Positions 18,404-27,911 of a stretch of 64,000 bases of DNA are shown in pieces (position 1 is the stretch's first letter; every line of letters begins with the position of its first letter). Origin of the DNA: a virus (Duplodnaviria > Caudoviricetes); the IMG/VR virus record IMGVR_UViG_3300046710_000146, positions 49,863-113,862 of that record; one strand, written 5' to 3'. A program made the translations under genes and the position numbers. The notes under the pieces were generated by a model that worked only from the letters and a program-made list of their open reading frames with translations, had not been told where the DNA came from and did no database searches.

Positions 18404-18409
18404 TAAATA
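18404..18409 (+). promoter_or_regulatory. late promoter TAAATA
   Basis: Intergenic motif copy. Confidence 0.65.
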
Positions 18410-18451
18410 CCAGTGGTACCAACCACATATCTCAACCTATAGGAGTTAATC

Positions 18452-18745
18452 TTGGAACAATCAAAGCAAACTATCACCCTCGACGGCCAAGCATACCCGC
18501 TCGACCAATTCAGCCCAGCCGTTCAACAAGCTGTTGGCATCTACAACGCGATCGGTGCCGACCTCCAGAAGGCTCAGCTCGATGTCGTGAAGTGCCAGTC
18601 TGCTATGCAGAGCATCAGCGCTCAGATCGGCGAGACCGTGAAGAAAGAGCTGGCTGATAAGGCCGCTGCTGAAACAGCCGCTGCGCCTGTTGAAGCCACC
18701 GTCGTCGACGCTGAGGTGATTGCTGCAGGCCAAGCGAACGCATAA
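18452..18745 (+). CDS. small coiled-coil protein (late)
   Basis: AGGAG RBS with TTG start; starts ITLDGQAY. Confidence 0.75.
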   Translation: MEQSKQTITLDGQAYPLDQFSPAVQQAVGIYNAIGADLQKAQLDVVKCQSAMQSISAQIGETVKKELADKAAAETAAAPVEATVVDAEVIAAGQANA

Positions 18746-18762
18746 GCTGCCTCTTCGAGAAT

Positions 18763-18788
18763 ATGAAGCCGCCGCAAGGCGGCTTCAT
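18763..18788 (+). terminator. GC-rich hairpin, probable terminator
   Basis: ATGAAGCCGCC-GCAA-GGCGGCTTCAT; weak T tract. Confidence 0.65.
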
Positions 18789-18800
18789 CGTTTCCGGGCC

Positions 18801-18806
18801 TAAATA
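18801..18806 (+). promoter_or_regulatory. late promoter TAAATA, 4 nt before ATG 18811
   Basis: TAAATA-gcca-ATG. Confidence 0.65.
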
Positions 18807-18810
18807 GCCA

Positions 18811-21132
18811 ATGCGCACTATGACCCGACTTTCCGAATCCATTGTTCACATCGAGGATCTTCCAATCGATGAGTTCATCCGCACCCTGCAGAACATGAAC
18901 ACCATGGTCGCACAGGAAAAGTTGGATGGAGCAAATCTCTGGGTTGGCATTGACGAAGATGGGAAGCTCTTTACCTCTCGTGAAGGCAAGCGTGGTAACG
19001 CTGAGCGCCGATACTCTGAAGAAGAGTGGCCAAAGGTTTCAGCATTTAATCAATTCCGCGCGGCGCAAGCTGCCCTGCAGTCGAAAGAGCAGGAGATTAA
19101 GCGCATAATGCGCCCAGGCGACATGGTTGAGGCCGAGGTGCTGTTCGGGCGGCAGCCTAATAGTGTCACATACGGTGCTGGCGGAAAGAGCTATATCGCC
19201 TTCCTGCGCGCCGTGAATGATACGCCTGATACCATCGCTGACCAGCTCAGCTCGTCGCTGGCGAATCAACAGGCTGATGCGAAGCTAAAGCTCGTTGACA
19301 CCTCTGATGGTACAGACCTATCGATGCGTGAAACTGACGTGTCGTTTCAGTTCATTGCGGCACAACGAATGGACGCCGCAAAGCTCAAGAATGAGTCAGG
19401 GGTTGACCCATTGCTCAAGAAACTTCAGACATTCCTGAAGCAGGATTCAGCCGTCGCTGGATATACAAATCAAATGTTGGCGACGCTTTCATTGAACACC
19501 GTCCCAAAGGAAGAGCGCGAAGCTATAAAGCAGGCACGCATTGAACTTCTTGCGCAGCTCCAAACTGAATACAAACTGCCAATTAAGAACGCGCTGTTGT
19601 CAAAGGCGGGCACAAAGTCTGGGTTGGCGGCTGATGACATAACTCCTGACGAGGATGTTGGTATCGAAGGCATTGTGCTTCGGGATCCAAGTACTGGGAA
19701 GCAGGTGAAGGTTGTTGATAAGGACATCTTCACCGCGATCAATCGCTTCAATCAGTCAATGCGTGGTGAGGTTCAATCAGCGCTGAACAGCACTGACCCG
19801 GACGCGCCGCTCGAGAGCCGTGGTGGCTTGCTCGGCGCGTTGCGCATTGAGATTGCGGCGGCACTTGGTAATCGTGAACTTGCAAAGCCATCAAATGTTC
19901 GAAAGCTGCTTGAGCCGCTCAAAGGCGGCTCGCCAGAAGAGGCGATCAAGAACTTCGCAAAGTCATTGAACATTGATGATTTCGTTGGCGTTAAAAAGAA
20001 GATCCTTGCGCTGGCTGCAAACACCGCAAAGAAGCTGAATGAGAAGCTCGAGTTCTTCAAGGAGAACAAAGAAAATTACCGTCTAAAGCTCAAGAATGGC
20101 AAGGAGATTGGGTTATCAGATGAAACAATCAAGAAGACACTGCTGTCGTTCGCTGAAGCCCGTCGTAATCTAGTTGAGCTGTTCGACAAGTTGAAGCTTG
20201 CGAAGACGCCAGCATCGATGCTGGCGGTGCTGTATGGTAACTCAGCACGTGCTGTGCATCAGACTGAAGGGCTGACTGAAGAGATGCTGCTCGAGAAGCG
20301 CCGAGATAGAACTGGCGAGATCAGCACAAGCGATTTCGAGCGCAAGGATACCTTCCAGCTTGTGAATTCATATATGTCAACGGTCATGATGGCTATGATC
20401 ATCTACCACGCTGATGATACGATTGGGATGCGATACCTTCGGGACCGCAAGAACTACTTGATGCGATCGCACAATGACGATATGAGCCCATTGAATCATT
20501 GGGGGTTTGTAATTTGGCGGACTGGTAAGCCAGACCTGAAGAAACATGTGATGAAATCAGCGATCTCGGAGCTCACACGGGTCACGAAGAAGATCCCAAC
20601 CCCTTGGTGGAAGTACCTGCATATGGACTTTTCATATGACAAGAAGGTCAAGGTTGATTGGGGAGACCATAAGCGAACCCTGAACCGCCTTTTGGAACTG
20701 TCCGGGCTACGCACTGAACGTCTAAATACTCTACTTGATCTGTCTGTCCGATTCGACGAATTGGAGCTGAAAGAGCAGAAACACGCGGTAAAGATGCTGC
20801 AGGCATTTGCCTATCGCTTTGTTCCGCGCTCCAGACTGCTTTCACGGATCAGGGTCATTGCGAACGGCTTGAAAGATGCGAAGGAACCAATTGTGACAGA
20901 AGGACTTCTACGGAAAATTGCAGCGCTCTCTGAAGAGGGTGAGGCTGCCGTCGATGGAACCGAGGTGAACACCACGGTGAACGGCGCGTCAAGCGGTACC
21001 GCGGCAGGGGCGATTAGCTCGCTCCCAACCAAAATTTTTGGCGGCGCGCGTAAAACCGTGATGATGAAACGAAACAAGAATCCACAGTTCGCGCGTGAGC
21101 TGTTGAAGTTCAAAGACACACGGAAACCCTAA
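18811..21132 (+). CDS. probable internal head protein with an RNA/DNA ligase-like nucleotidyltransferase domain
   Basis: EKLDG, EAE, EGIVLR and KVV motifs; LSE/LTE/VTE putative protease sites. Confidence 0.6.
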   Translation: MRTMTRLSESIVHIEDLPIDEFIRTLQNMNTMVAQEKLDGANLWVGIDEDGKLFTSREGKRGNAERRYSEEEWPKVSAFNQFRAAQAALQSKEQEIKRIMRPGDMVEAEVLFGRQPNSVTYGAGGKSYIAFLRAVNDTPDTIADQLSSSLANQQADAKLKLVDTSDGTDLSMRETDVSFQFIAAQRMDAAKLKNESGVDPLLKKLQTFLKQDSAVAGYTNQMLATLSLNTVPKEEREAIKQARIELLAQLQTEYKLPIKNALLSKAGTKSGLAADDITPDEDVGIEGIVLRDPSTGKQVKVVDKDIFTAINRFNQSMRGEVQSALNSTDPDAPLESRGGLLGALRIEIAAALGNRELAKPSNVRKLLEPLKGGSPEEAIKNFAKSLNIDDFVGVKKKILALAANTAKKLNEKLEFFKENKENYRLKLKNGKEIGLSDETIKKTLLSFAEARRNLVELFDKLKLAKTPASMLAVLYGNSARAVHQTEGLTEEMLLEKRRDRTGEISTSDFERKDTFQLVNSYMSTVMMAMIIYHADDTIGMRYLRDRKNYLMRSHNDDMSPLNHWGFVIWRTGKPDLKKHVMKSAISELTRVTKKIPTPWWKYLHMDFSYDKKVKVDWGDHKRTLNRLLELSGLRTERLNTLLDLSVRFDELELKEQKHAVKMLQAFAYRFVPRSRLLSRIRVIANGLKDAKEPIVTEGLLRKIAALSEEGEAAVDGTEVNTTVNGASSGTAAGAISSLPTKIFGGARKTVMMKRNKNPQFARELLKFKDTRKP

Positions 21133-21133
21133 T

Positions 21134-23431
21134 ATGTCACTCCTTAAAGAACTCTCCAAAGGCTCAATGCAAACTGACCTGAAAACCAGTGATGGTTCTT
21201 CAGCAGGCACGACTGACGTCTCAAAAGCAACTGATGACGTTGGATTCTCACTCATGCGGAACATGATCAATAAAGACGGTCAGGTGACCGGCTCTAATGT
21301 GAATGATTATCTCGAGCGTGCGCAGGATCTGAACGATGAAGTTGAAAGCGTGGGCTTCGCCGTTGAGACTGATGATGGCGACATCATCAAGATCTACGTG
21401 AACGCCACTGAGGCCGACAAGTTTGAAGAAGCACTCTCAAAGCTACTTGGCCTTGAGGGTGACACAGAAGAAGCAATCAATCAGCTTGCACAAGAGTTCG
21501 ACATTGTCGATGTAGTATGGCCACGAGACCCTGAGGGTGACGATGAAGCTGAAGCTGACCCAGACGCCGATCTATCGATTGACGATATGGAGCTGGATAC
21601 AGAAGAAGAAGGTGATGACACCGCAACCGCTGATATGCCGGTTGAACCAGATGCCGAGATTGATGCGGCTGCGGCGGCCGATGTAGAAGCCCCAGCAGAA
21701 GATGAAATTCCTGCTGATGAAGCCCCACTTGATGACGAGGGCTTTGAAGACATTCCACCAAAGCCTGAAGGTGAAGAAGAGCCTGAAGGCGAAGCTGAAG
21801 GTGAAGAAGAGCCTGAAGAGCCTGAAGAAGAGCCTGAAGAAGAGATGGAACCTGTTCTTAATGACGATGGCACTCAGAAGCTTGACAAAGACGGTAATCC
21901 AGTCATGCGCAAGAAGGCTGAGAAGAAACCTGAAGTTACTGAAGAAGGTCTCAAAGGTCTTCGAAAGCTGGCTGAAGCAGCTCGCGATGAAATGGGCAAA
22001 CACATTAAGGCGGTTATCGACAAAGGTAACACCGGTAAGTGGATGATCATGAAGCGCGTTTCAGGTGGTATCGCTGGGCTAAAGACGGCGCCATTGAAGC
22101 AGGACGGCGAGGTCATTCACTTTGATAATGAAGAGCAAGCCCGTGCCGAGGCTGAGAAGCTTACCAAAAAAATGAATGGGGCTGGTGCAACCGCCTCGTA
22201 CACATACATTCCAAAGCTTGTTGAAGACAAGCAACCACAAGCAAAGGACAACTCAATGACAATCGGATCAAAATTTCTGGACCGCCTCTTCGAAGCAGAA
22301 GACAAAGATGCCGTCAAAGACGGTATGAACATTCCACTGGATGCTCAACAGAAGGCACTCGTGTCCCAGTTGAAGCGGCCACTGGAGAAGAAGATCGTTG
22401 CGTTCTTCGCAATGTGCGGTATTATTGGCCGTCTCCTGAATCAGGAAGCTGATGTAGTTGACAGTATCCGTACCGCCGGTGATGTGCTGCGTAAGAACGC
22501 CACGGCGCGGAATACCTTCAATACGTTTTATTCCTCGCTCGCAACCGCGAAGGGGTTTGCAATCAAGCCTGAGGTGAACGAAGCCATTGGTAAGCTGACT
22601 CCAGTCAAAGGAGTAAAAGCTGATAACGATGAGGAATCACTTCCTAAGGAGAACACTGAGAAGTCAAAGAAGCTCCGCGGCTCCATGATGCAGAAGAAGC
22701 TCGAAGCGGTTATGATCGCACTGGGTCTACCACGTGCGTTGGTCACGACTGATGGCCCTGGTCAATTGGCGCCATATCTACACAAGACCGCAATGACTAT
22801 CGACAGCGATTCAAATCTCGAGCACCAGCTCCGGATGTTAGCAACCCGCCTTGGTGTGAAGCTTAATGAGGCTGTTGCGGTGACGGTGAATGACCCGTTC
22901 GCTAAGGACGTACTTGCACTGCTCCGGGCAATAGGTGTTCCTGAGGAACACCTGTCTTACAAGCCAAATGATCTGCGCGCTGCGCTGATTGGCTTTGGTA
23001 AGTCACTGACGAACCGCGCGCTGGTAGACAACCGCATCGAACAGCTGCTCGACGTGATTTCAAAGGGCAAACGTGTCGAAAAAAAAGTAGTTCAGCAGGA
23101 ATCTCTGACTGAGGCCTTTGGCGAGCTTGAGGCGCTCGTTGACAGTGATATGACTGAACACGACGTGCTCGAGCCAAATGGCGGACCGGCAATGAAGGCG
23201 TTCTATGACGGTGCTGGCACTCATTCTGAGACCGTGCTGTTGTTAGGCGTTGACCCAGAGCGTGATGGAAACAAGAATCTGAAGGTCAGCGTTGATGGGC
23301 CATGGGACGGCACAATTCATGCACGGTATTTTCCAAATGACAAGGATGGGTACAAGGCCGCGCTGCAGTACGCGAATCAGCTTCGCTCAGCAAATCTAAA
23401 ATCTGGTGGCCGTCCAAAGGGGTGGAAATGA
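21134..23431 (+). CDS. acidic multi-segment protein, probable internal head/core protein
   Basis: Long D/E-rich linker, many (L/V)xE(A) motifs. Confidence 0.6.
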   Translation: MSLLKELSKGSMQTDLKTSDGSSAGTTDVSKATDDVGFSLMRNMINKDGQVTGSNVNDYLERAQDLNDEVESVGFAVETDDGDIIKIYVNATEADKFEEALSKLLGLEGDTEEAINQLAQEFDIVDVVWPRDPEGDDEAEADPDADLSIDDMELDTEEEGDDTATADMPVEPDAEIDAAAAADVEAPAEDEIPADEAPLDDEGFEDIPPKPEGEEEPEGEAEGEEEPEEPEEEPEEEMEPVLNDDGTQKLDKDGNPVMRKKAEKKPEVTEEGLKGLRKLAEAARDEMGKHIKAVIDKGNTGKWMIMKRVSGGIAGLKTAPLKQDGEVIHFDNEEQARAEAEKLTKKMNGAGATASYTYIPKLVEDKQPQAKDNSMTIGSKFLDRLFEAEDKDAVKDGMNIPLDAQQKALVSQLKRPLEKKIVAFFAMCGIIGRLLNQEADVVDSIRTAGDVLRKNATARNTFNTFYSSLATAKGFAIKPEVNEAIGKLTPVKGVKADNDEESLPKENTEKSKKLRGSMMQKKLEAVMIALGLPRALVTTDGPGQLAPYLHKTAMTIDSDSNLEHQLRMLATRLGVKLNEAVAVTVNDPFAKDVLALLRAIGVPEEHLSYKPNDLRAALIGFGKSLTNRALVDNRIEQLLDVISKGKRVEKKVVQQESLTEAFGELEALVDSDMTEHDVLEPNGGPAMKAFYDGAGTHSETVLLLGVDPERDGNKNLKVSVDGPWDGTIHARYFPNDKDGYKAALQYANQLRSANLKSGGRPKGWK
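21762..21845 (+). repeat. coding low-complexity repeat (EEPE/EGE units)
   Basis: Repeated GCCTGAAG/GAAGAAGA units. Confidence 0.75.
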
Positions 23432-23706
23432 AAATAGCTGAACTTATGCAAGAGGCTAAGGCCTTCGTGAAACTTCCTAACACCAAAGCTGGTGTTATCC
23501 AGATGTTCAAGGACAAAGGACAGGTGAAGCCTGCGCTCGCTGCTGAGCTTGACATTGAGAACTGCAAGATCACCCCCAATCGAACTGAAGAGGGGAAGTG
23601 GCATGTCTACAATCCAACGACCAAGAAGCGCGTTGACGTTTGGCTCGGCGGTTATGAAGATCAGAACGGTCGCGTTCGACCATTTAATGACTTTGAAGAG
23701 CTGTGA
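23428..23706 (+). CDS. hypothetical protein (possible head protein)
   Basis: MKIAELMQEA N-terminus, ATGA overlap. Confidence 0.7.
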   Translation: MKIAELMQEAKAFVKLPNTKAGVIQMFKDKGQVKPALAAELDIENCKITPNRTEEGKWHVYNPTTKKRVDVWLGGYEDQNGRVRPFNDFEEL

Positions 23707-24263
23707 GCACCTTAGGAACACCAAAGAAAGTTGACGGCTGGAATGTGGCTGAACTTGCTGGTGGGCTGTTGCTAAGTGCTGAGGGCTTCATTTTACAGTT
23801 GTCAACTGATCAGGTTGATCGATTCCTCGAGATCCTAAACTCTGGTAAGGACGGCACCGTGCATGACAGCCATGGTGACCCAGTCCAAGTCAGCACCCCG
23901 AAAAGAGAGTACGTGATCCTTACACGGGTAGGTGATGAGACCTATCCGCATGGTATTATCCTACCTGTAGACGCATTCTCTGAGCTTGAAAGCGACGAAA
24001 CACCGGTGATTGAAGGAGTTCGCGCGGCGTTCCGTCGCGTTGGCACTAAGATCAAGCGCGGCTTTCGTGTGACTTCAGGACGGCGTAAAGGCCGTGTTGT
24101 TGCGAATCCAGGAACGGCAAATAAACCGCCAGTATCAGGTTCCACACGTGCAAAGCTTCGTGCTGCCTCCCATCGGAAGCGGCTGGTTCGTGCCCTTAAA
24201 GCTAAGATGACACGCCGTAAATCCGCGTCGATCCGTCTTCGCCGCATGAACCGTACAGACTAA
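23703..24263 (+). CDS. protein with a highly basic C-terminal half (prohead-core-like)
   Basis: Acidic N-half, VIEG site, then an R/K-rich tail. Confidence 0.6.
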   Translation: MSTLGTPKKVDGWNVAELAGGLLLSAEGFILQLSTDQVDRFLEILNSGKDGTVHDSHGDPVQVSTPKREYVILTRVGDETYPHGIILPVDAFSELESDETPVIEGVRAAFRRVGTKIKRGFRVTSGRRKGRVVANPGTANKPPVSGSTRAKLRAASHRKRLVRALKAKMTRRKSASIRLRRMNRTD

Positions 24264-24943
24264 TGAACAAATTTCCATACGCCGACTATCAAGCTGAGAT
24301 GGTGAAGGGCATGCGGTGGTATCATACCCCGCACGGCGCGTTCCCATCAATCACCACAATTCTGGGGGTCAGTGAACCAGCTGAGAAGACAGCTTCACTT
24401 GAGAGCTGGCGTATGTCGCTTGGCCACGAGAAGGCCGCATCCGTTACGCAGAAGGCATGTGATCATGGCACAATGGTTCATCTATTGATTGAACGACATC
24501 TCGCAGGTGAAGACCCATTCGCGCTTGTAAATGGGCAGAAGATCCCCGACCCAGATAAGTCAGCGTTCAATGCGTTGAAGTTGAAGCTGAAGTTGATCAA
24601 CGAGGTTTGGGGGCAAGAACAGGCGGTGTACTCACCATCCCTTGAAGTTGCTGGTCGATTAGACTGTGTGGGCGAATATAAGCAGGTCCCATCGATCATC
24701 GACTTTAAGACCTCCATGAACAAGGTCAAGAGCAAAGATGACATCAAGGACTATGAGCTGCAGCTTGCATTTTATGCGCAGGCGCACAATGAGTTGTACA
24801 ACACAGACATCAAACAAGGTGTGATCTTGATGGTGGCGCAGACTGGTTTTCCACTGGAGTTCACCATTGATCTTGAACCAAAATTAGATGAGCTCAAAGC
24901 CAGGATCAAGATCTTCTGGGCTAAAGTTCTTGCTACAGTTTGA
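24263..24943 (+). CDS. PD-(D/E)xK exonuclease
   Basis: PSITTIL, GT.VH, AGRLD, IDFKTS, QL..YA motifs. Confidence 0.88.
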   Translation: MNKFPYADYQAEMVKGMRWYHTPHGAFPSITTILGVSEPAEKTASLESWRMSLGHEKAASVTQKACDHGTMVHLLIERHLAGEDPFALVNGQKIPDPDKSAFNALKLKLKLINEVWGQEQAVYSPSLEVAGRLDCVGEYKQVPSIIDFKTSMNKVKSKDDIKDYELQLAFYAQAHNELYNTDIKQGVILMVAQTGFPLEFTIDLEPKLDELKARIKIFWAKVLATV

Positions 24944-24956
24944 GCCCGAACTGATC

Positions 24957-24962
24957 TAAATA
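24957..24962 (+). promoter_or_regulatory. late promoter TAAATA
   Basis: Intergenic motif copy. Confidence 0.65.
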
Positions 24963-24988
24963 AACCGAATGAATTGCTCGGAGCCAAA

Positions 24989-25609
24989 ATGTCAGATCTC
25001 AAAGAATTTTCCATGAACATGCCAATGATCGGCATCGGCGGCTCGGTGCCGTCGTATGATGTCACTGCAGCGGTCGAGATGCCAGCTGAGGTCTGTGCTG
25101 ATAAGGTCGACCACATCTATGTTGCTGTTGACTCAGCAACTGTTTCAAATTACTCGGCAACTGACCCAATGGTCTGTGTTGACCTTGTTCTTACCGTTGG
25201 GATCACAAATCCAATCGGTGGTGAGAGCATGAACTACAAGATGGTGAAGCGCCTGAAGCTCGACAAGGCAAAGCTCGCCTATGAAGCTGAATCGCTGACA
25301 CCGATCGCGGTCGCTGAAGAAGAGGACCCACTTGAGGTTGCTCGCATAATGGAAGCGTTCTATGCAGCAACTCGGGCCCGCGAGATCGCAGGCCTAACTG
25401 AATCTGCTGGCACCAAGGCGTTCAAGGTCATGATTAGCTTTGATGACGAGAAGGCGAGCAAGGAGCATCCAGATGCTAAGCATCGCGCGTCAGCGGTAGT
25501 TGAAATCAAGGCAGTTCGCGACGCAGCGCATGCACGGCATGTGTTCGACGTGAAGTACGCCAGCAAGTACCCAGGTGTGAAGATCACACGCGTCACGGAG
25601 GTCGCATAA
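24989..25609 (+). CDS. hypothetical late protein (possible head protein)
   Basis: GGAG RBS; REIAGLTES motif. Confidence 0.7.
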   Translation: MSDLKEFSMNMPMIGIGGSVPSYDVTAAVEMPAEVCADKVDHIYVAVDSATVSNYSATDPMVCVDLVLTVGITNPIGGESMNYKMVKRLKLDKAKLAYEAESLTPIAVAEEEDPLEVARIMEAFYAATRAREIAGLTESAGTKAFKVMISFDDEKASKEHPDAKHRASAVVEIKAVRDAAHARHVFDVKYASKYPGVKITRVTEVA

Positions 25610-26574
25610 TGCATCCAATCGTAATGATCGCTGGTGATAAAGATCCAGCAATTGGCAAGGCCGTTGAGGATCTCGAGGCTGCTGGCTTTGAGGTTCGTGT
25701 TCTGAACTCCGCGAAGGCGAAGCTCATTGACTTTCTTGGTGCCATTGCTGGCGCTGATGAAGAGCCTGATGAAGAGGGTTCTCCTGAGGATGAGGTTGCT
25801 GATGAACCAAAGCCCAAGAAGGAACCTGCTTCAGAACCCGCTTCAGAACCCACCGATGAACTGCCACCTGAAGAATCTGCTGACGAAGAAGAGTCGGATG
25901 AATCTGATCCGCTTGATCCAAGGAACTTAATTAAGAAAGAAGCTCGCATCTCAGGTGAACTAGTGCAGGTTGTTCTCGTTGATGGGGTCAACATCACGTT
26001 GCACCCATCGTCAATCACCGCTGGGGCAAAGACCTTCTATGCGCTGAATGAAAGCCAGTTCTCATTCTGGCCTGGTGCCGTGAGCAATGAGCCAATTACT
26101 GGTGGCGTTGAGCTCTCACTAAATGGTGAAGAGATCACTCATCTCACAAAGGTGATCTTCAGCGAAGAGGCTATGAATCCGCCAGTCCTCAAGATTGGGC
26201 GTACTTGGCTCAAAGAGGCCAAGTACCCGCAGAATTCCTGGGCGCTGCTTCCAGCATCAAAGATCCTGTACAACAAGGCGAAGGTCGGCGTTGAGGACAT
26301 CCGTAAAGAGATGGGTAGCAAAGGCGTAATCTTGGTCTGCACCCGCGATGGGAGGGGGCTTTTCCTCCTGACCAGCTATGGTCACATTGCAAAACCCGGT
26401 ACCGACAAGATGGGGCACAATGACCAGACATTCCGAAATCTCGGCGCGTTCCATGTGGTTGGTACCATTGAGCTCGGCAAAACTGCTGCTGACGACAAAG
26501 TTGAACATGAGAATAATGATCTGAAGAAATTCGATCCAGCCACCCTCAAGGGTCCAGTTTACGTTTTCAAATAA
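25609..26574 (+). CDS. hypothetical late protein with an acidic linker
   Basis: TAATG coupling; IKKEA and LKEA motifs. Confidence 0.7.
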   Translation: MHPIVMIAGDKDPAIGKAVEDLEAAGFEVRVLNSAKAKLIDFLGAIAGADEEPDEEGSPEDEVADEPKPKKEPASEPASEPTDELPPEESADEEESDESDPLDPRNLIKKEARISGELVQVVLVDGVNITLHPSSITAGAKTFYALNESQFSFWPGAVSNEPITGGVELSLNGEEITHLTKVIFSEEAMNPPVLKIGRTWLKEAKYPQNSWALLPASKILYNKAKVGVEDIRKEMGSKGVILVCTRDGRGLFLLTSYGHIAKPGTDKMGHNDQTFRNLGAFHVVGTIELGKTAADDKVEHENNDLKKFDPATLKGPVYVFK

Positions 26575-26581
26575 GATTCAA

Positions 26582-26776
26582 ATGCTCGTAACATATACCC
26601 CCTTAGCCTCGCTCTCAACAGGCGAGCGACAACAGCTCTTGAACGTCCTGCCAAACATGGTCCTTGAAGGCCGTGCATATGTGGACATTGGCGGCAAGTA
26701 CATTTCCTGCGCGGAACTTCGCGGCGTTAAAGAATCGATGGCGCAATCAGCACAACGGCAACGGCTATTCGAATGA
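26582..26776 (+). CDS. hypothetical protein
   Basis: ATGA overlap with the next gene. Confidence 0.6.
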   Translation: MLVTYTPLASLSTGERQQLLNVLPNMVLEGRAYVDIGGKYISCAELRGVKESMAQSAQRQRLFE

Positions 26777-27408
26777 TTCATTCTCCTTTTCACGTTATCG
26801 AGGACTTCGTCTCTCCGCTTCGCTGTGAGCAACTTGCTCGCCAGCTCGGGCTATCTGAACCTGATCAAACCCCAGAAGGAAAGCCGCTAAAGCACGAGCG
26901 AATAGTGCCAAGTGATCTGATCGGCGACATAGCGTCTGACTTCAGCGCGATTGGTCCGATCCTCGAACATCGGTATAAGGCGCAGCTCAGTGGTGAGCCA
27001 GGGTTCGTGTTCCAACAATTCCCCGAGAACCCAAAGACACCAGCTGAACAGCACACCGCTGAGGGGTGGCGATATCTGCGGAAGAAGTGGACCAAGGTCA
27101 AGGACATTGATTTGGTTGGGTTTTTATGGCTCAAGGACTATCACACCTCAGTTCCACTGGATCCTCGTCATGAGGTGTACGGCGGGAAGCTCGAATTCCC
27201 AGGGTACAACTTCAGCTTGACCCCAGTTCGTGGAACACTTGTTGTGTTCCCAGCCACACCACATTTCATCCATGCAATCTCTCATGTGATGCTCGGTTCG
27301 CTTGAGCAAATTAAGATCACCGCTCGTTTACGGAATGACGGGCTTCCCTGGATCTATGACCCAACGGCTTTTCCGGGCGCGTTCCAAGAGTGGTTCACTG
27401 AAGAGTGA
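26773..27408 (+). CDS. 2OG-Fe(II) oxygenase-like protein
   Basis: GG.LEF, P..GTLVVFP....H, V..G jelly-roll motifs. Confidence 0.75.
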   Translation: MIHSPFHVIEDFVSPLRCEQLARQLGLSEPDQTPEGKPLKHERIVPSDLIGDIASDFSAIGPILEHRYKAQLSGEPGFVFQQFPENPKTPAEQHTAEGWRYLRKKWTKVKDIDLVGFLWLKDYHTSVPLDPRHEVYGGKLEFPGYNFSLTPVRGTLVVFPATPHFIHAISHVMLGSLEQIKITARLRNDGLPWIYDPTAFPGAFQEWFTEE

Positions 27409-27522
27409 CCGTTACACCGTTACAGATTCAGCCGGGGGTTGGTACGACCTCGCAAAAGCGAGCTCAATGGATCTCACCGGCTCGGTTCCAGAGCTGATGG
27501 CACTCGTAAACGCTTCTCACTG

Positions 27523-27645
27523 ATGTTAACTGCTGTACAGCAAGCCCAGACTGATCGCCTTGCCTTCAGCTGGCTCAGCACCGGTATGGTTTGTGAACAT
27601 TGGTCCGCCGCGTACGCGGCCCTTGGATTTTGGGGACGGAAATGA
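27523..27645 (+). CDS. small hypothetical protein
   Basis: TGATG and ATGA overlaps. Confidence 0.35.
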   Translation: MLTAVQQAQTDRLAFSWLSTGMVCEHWSAAYAALGFWGRK

Positions 27646-27911
27646 AACTCGTGATCTGCTACAGCGTCGGCGACTGCTGCACGTACTCATGTGATGTCGT
27701 GCGTCCAGTTGAATATGAGTCCGCTGAGGCGGCGATTGTTGAGTTTGAACGCCTGGCAGTTGAAGCCCGTGCGGCATCGGGTTATGTTTTCTGGTTTGCT
27801 GGTCACGAGTTCGACACCTCAGATTTCTTTTGGAAGAACACAACGCCTGATCGGTTGTATCTGCCTGAAATCCTAACAATCGACGAGTGGTTCGCTCAAC
27901 CTAATCAATAG
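27642..27911 (+). CDS. hypothetical protein
   Basis: ATG 27642 with a GGGGA RBS. Confidence 0.7.
   Translation: MKLVICYSVGDCCTYSCDVVRPVEYESAEAAIVEFERLAVEARAASGYVFWFAGHEFDTSDFFWKNTTPDRLYLPEILTIDEWFAQPNQ

Noticed and set aside
27302-27523. ORF bridging the oxygenase and the 27523 ORF
   Set aside because: No credible start codon outside the overlap with the oxygenase
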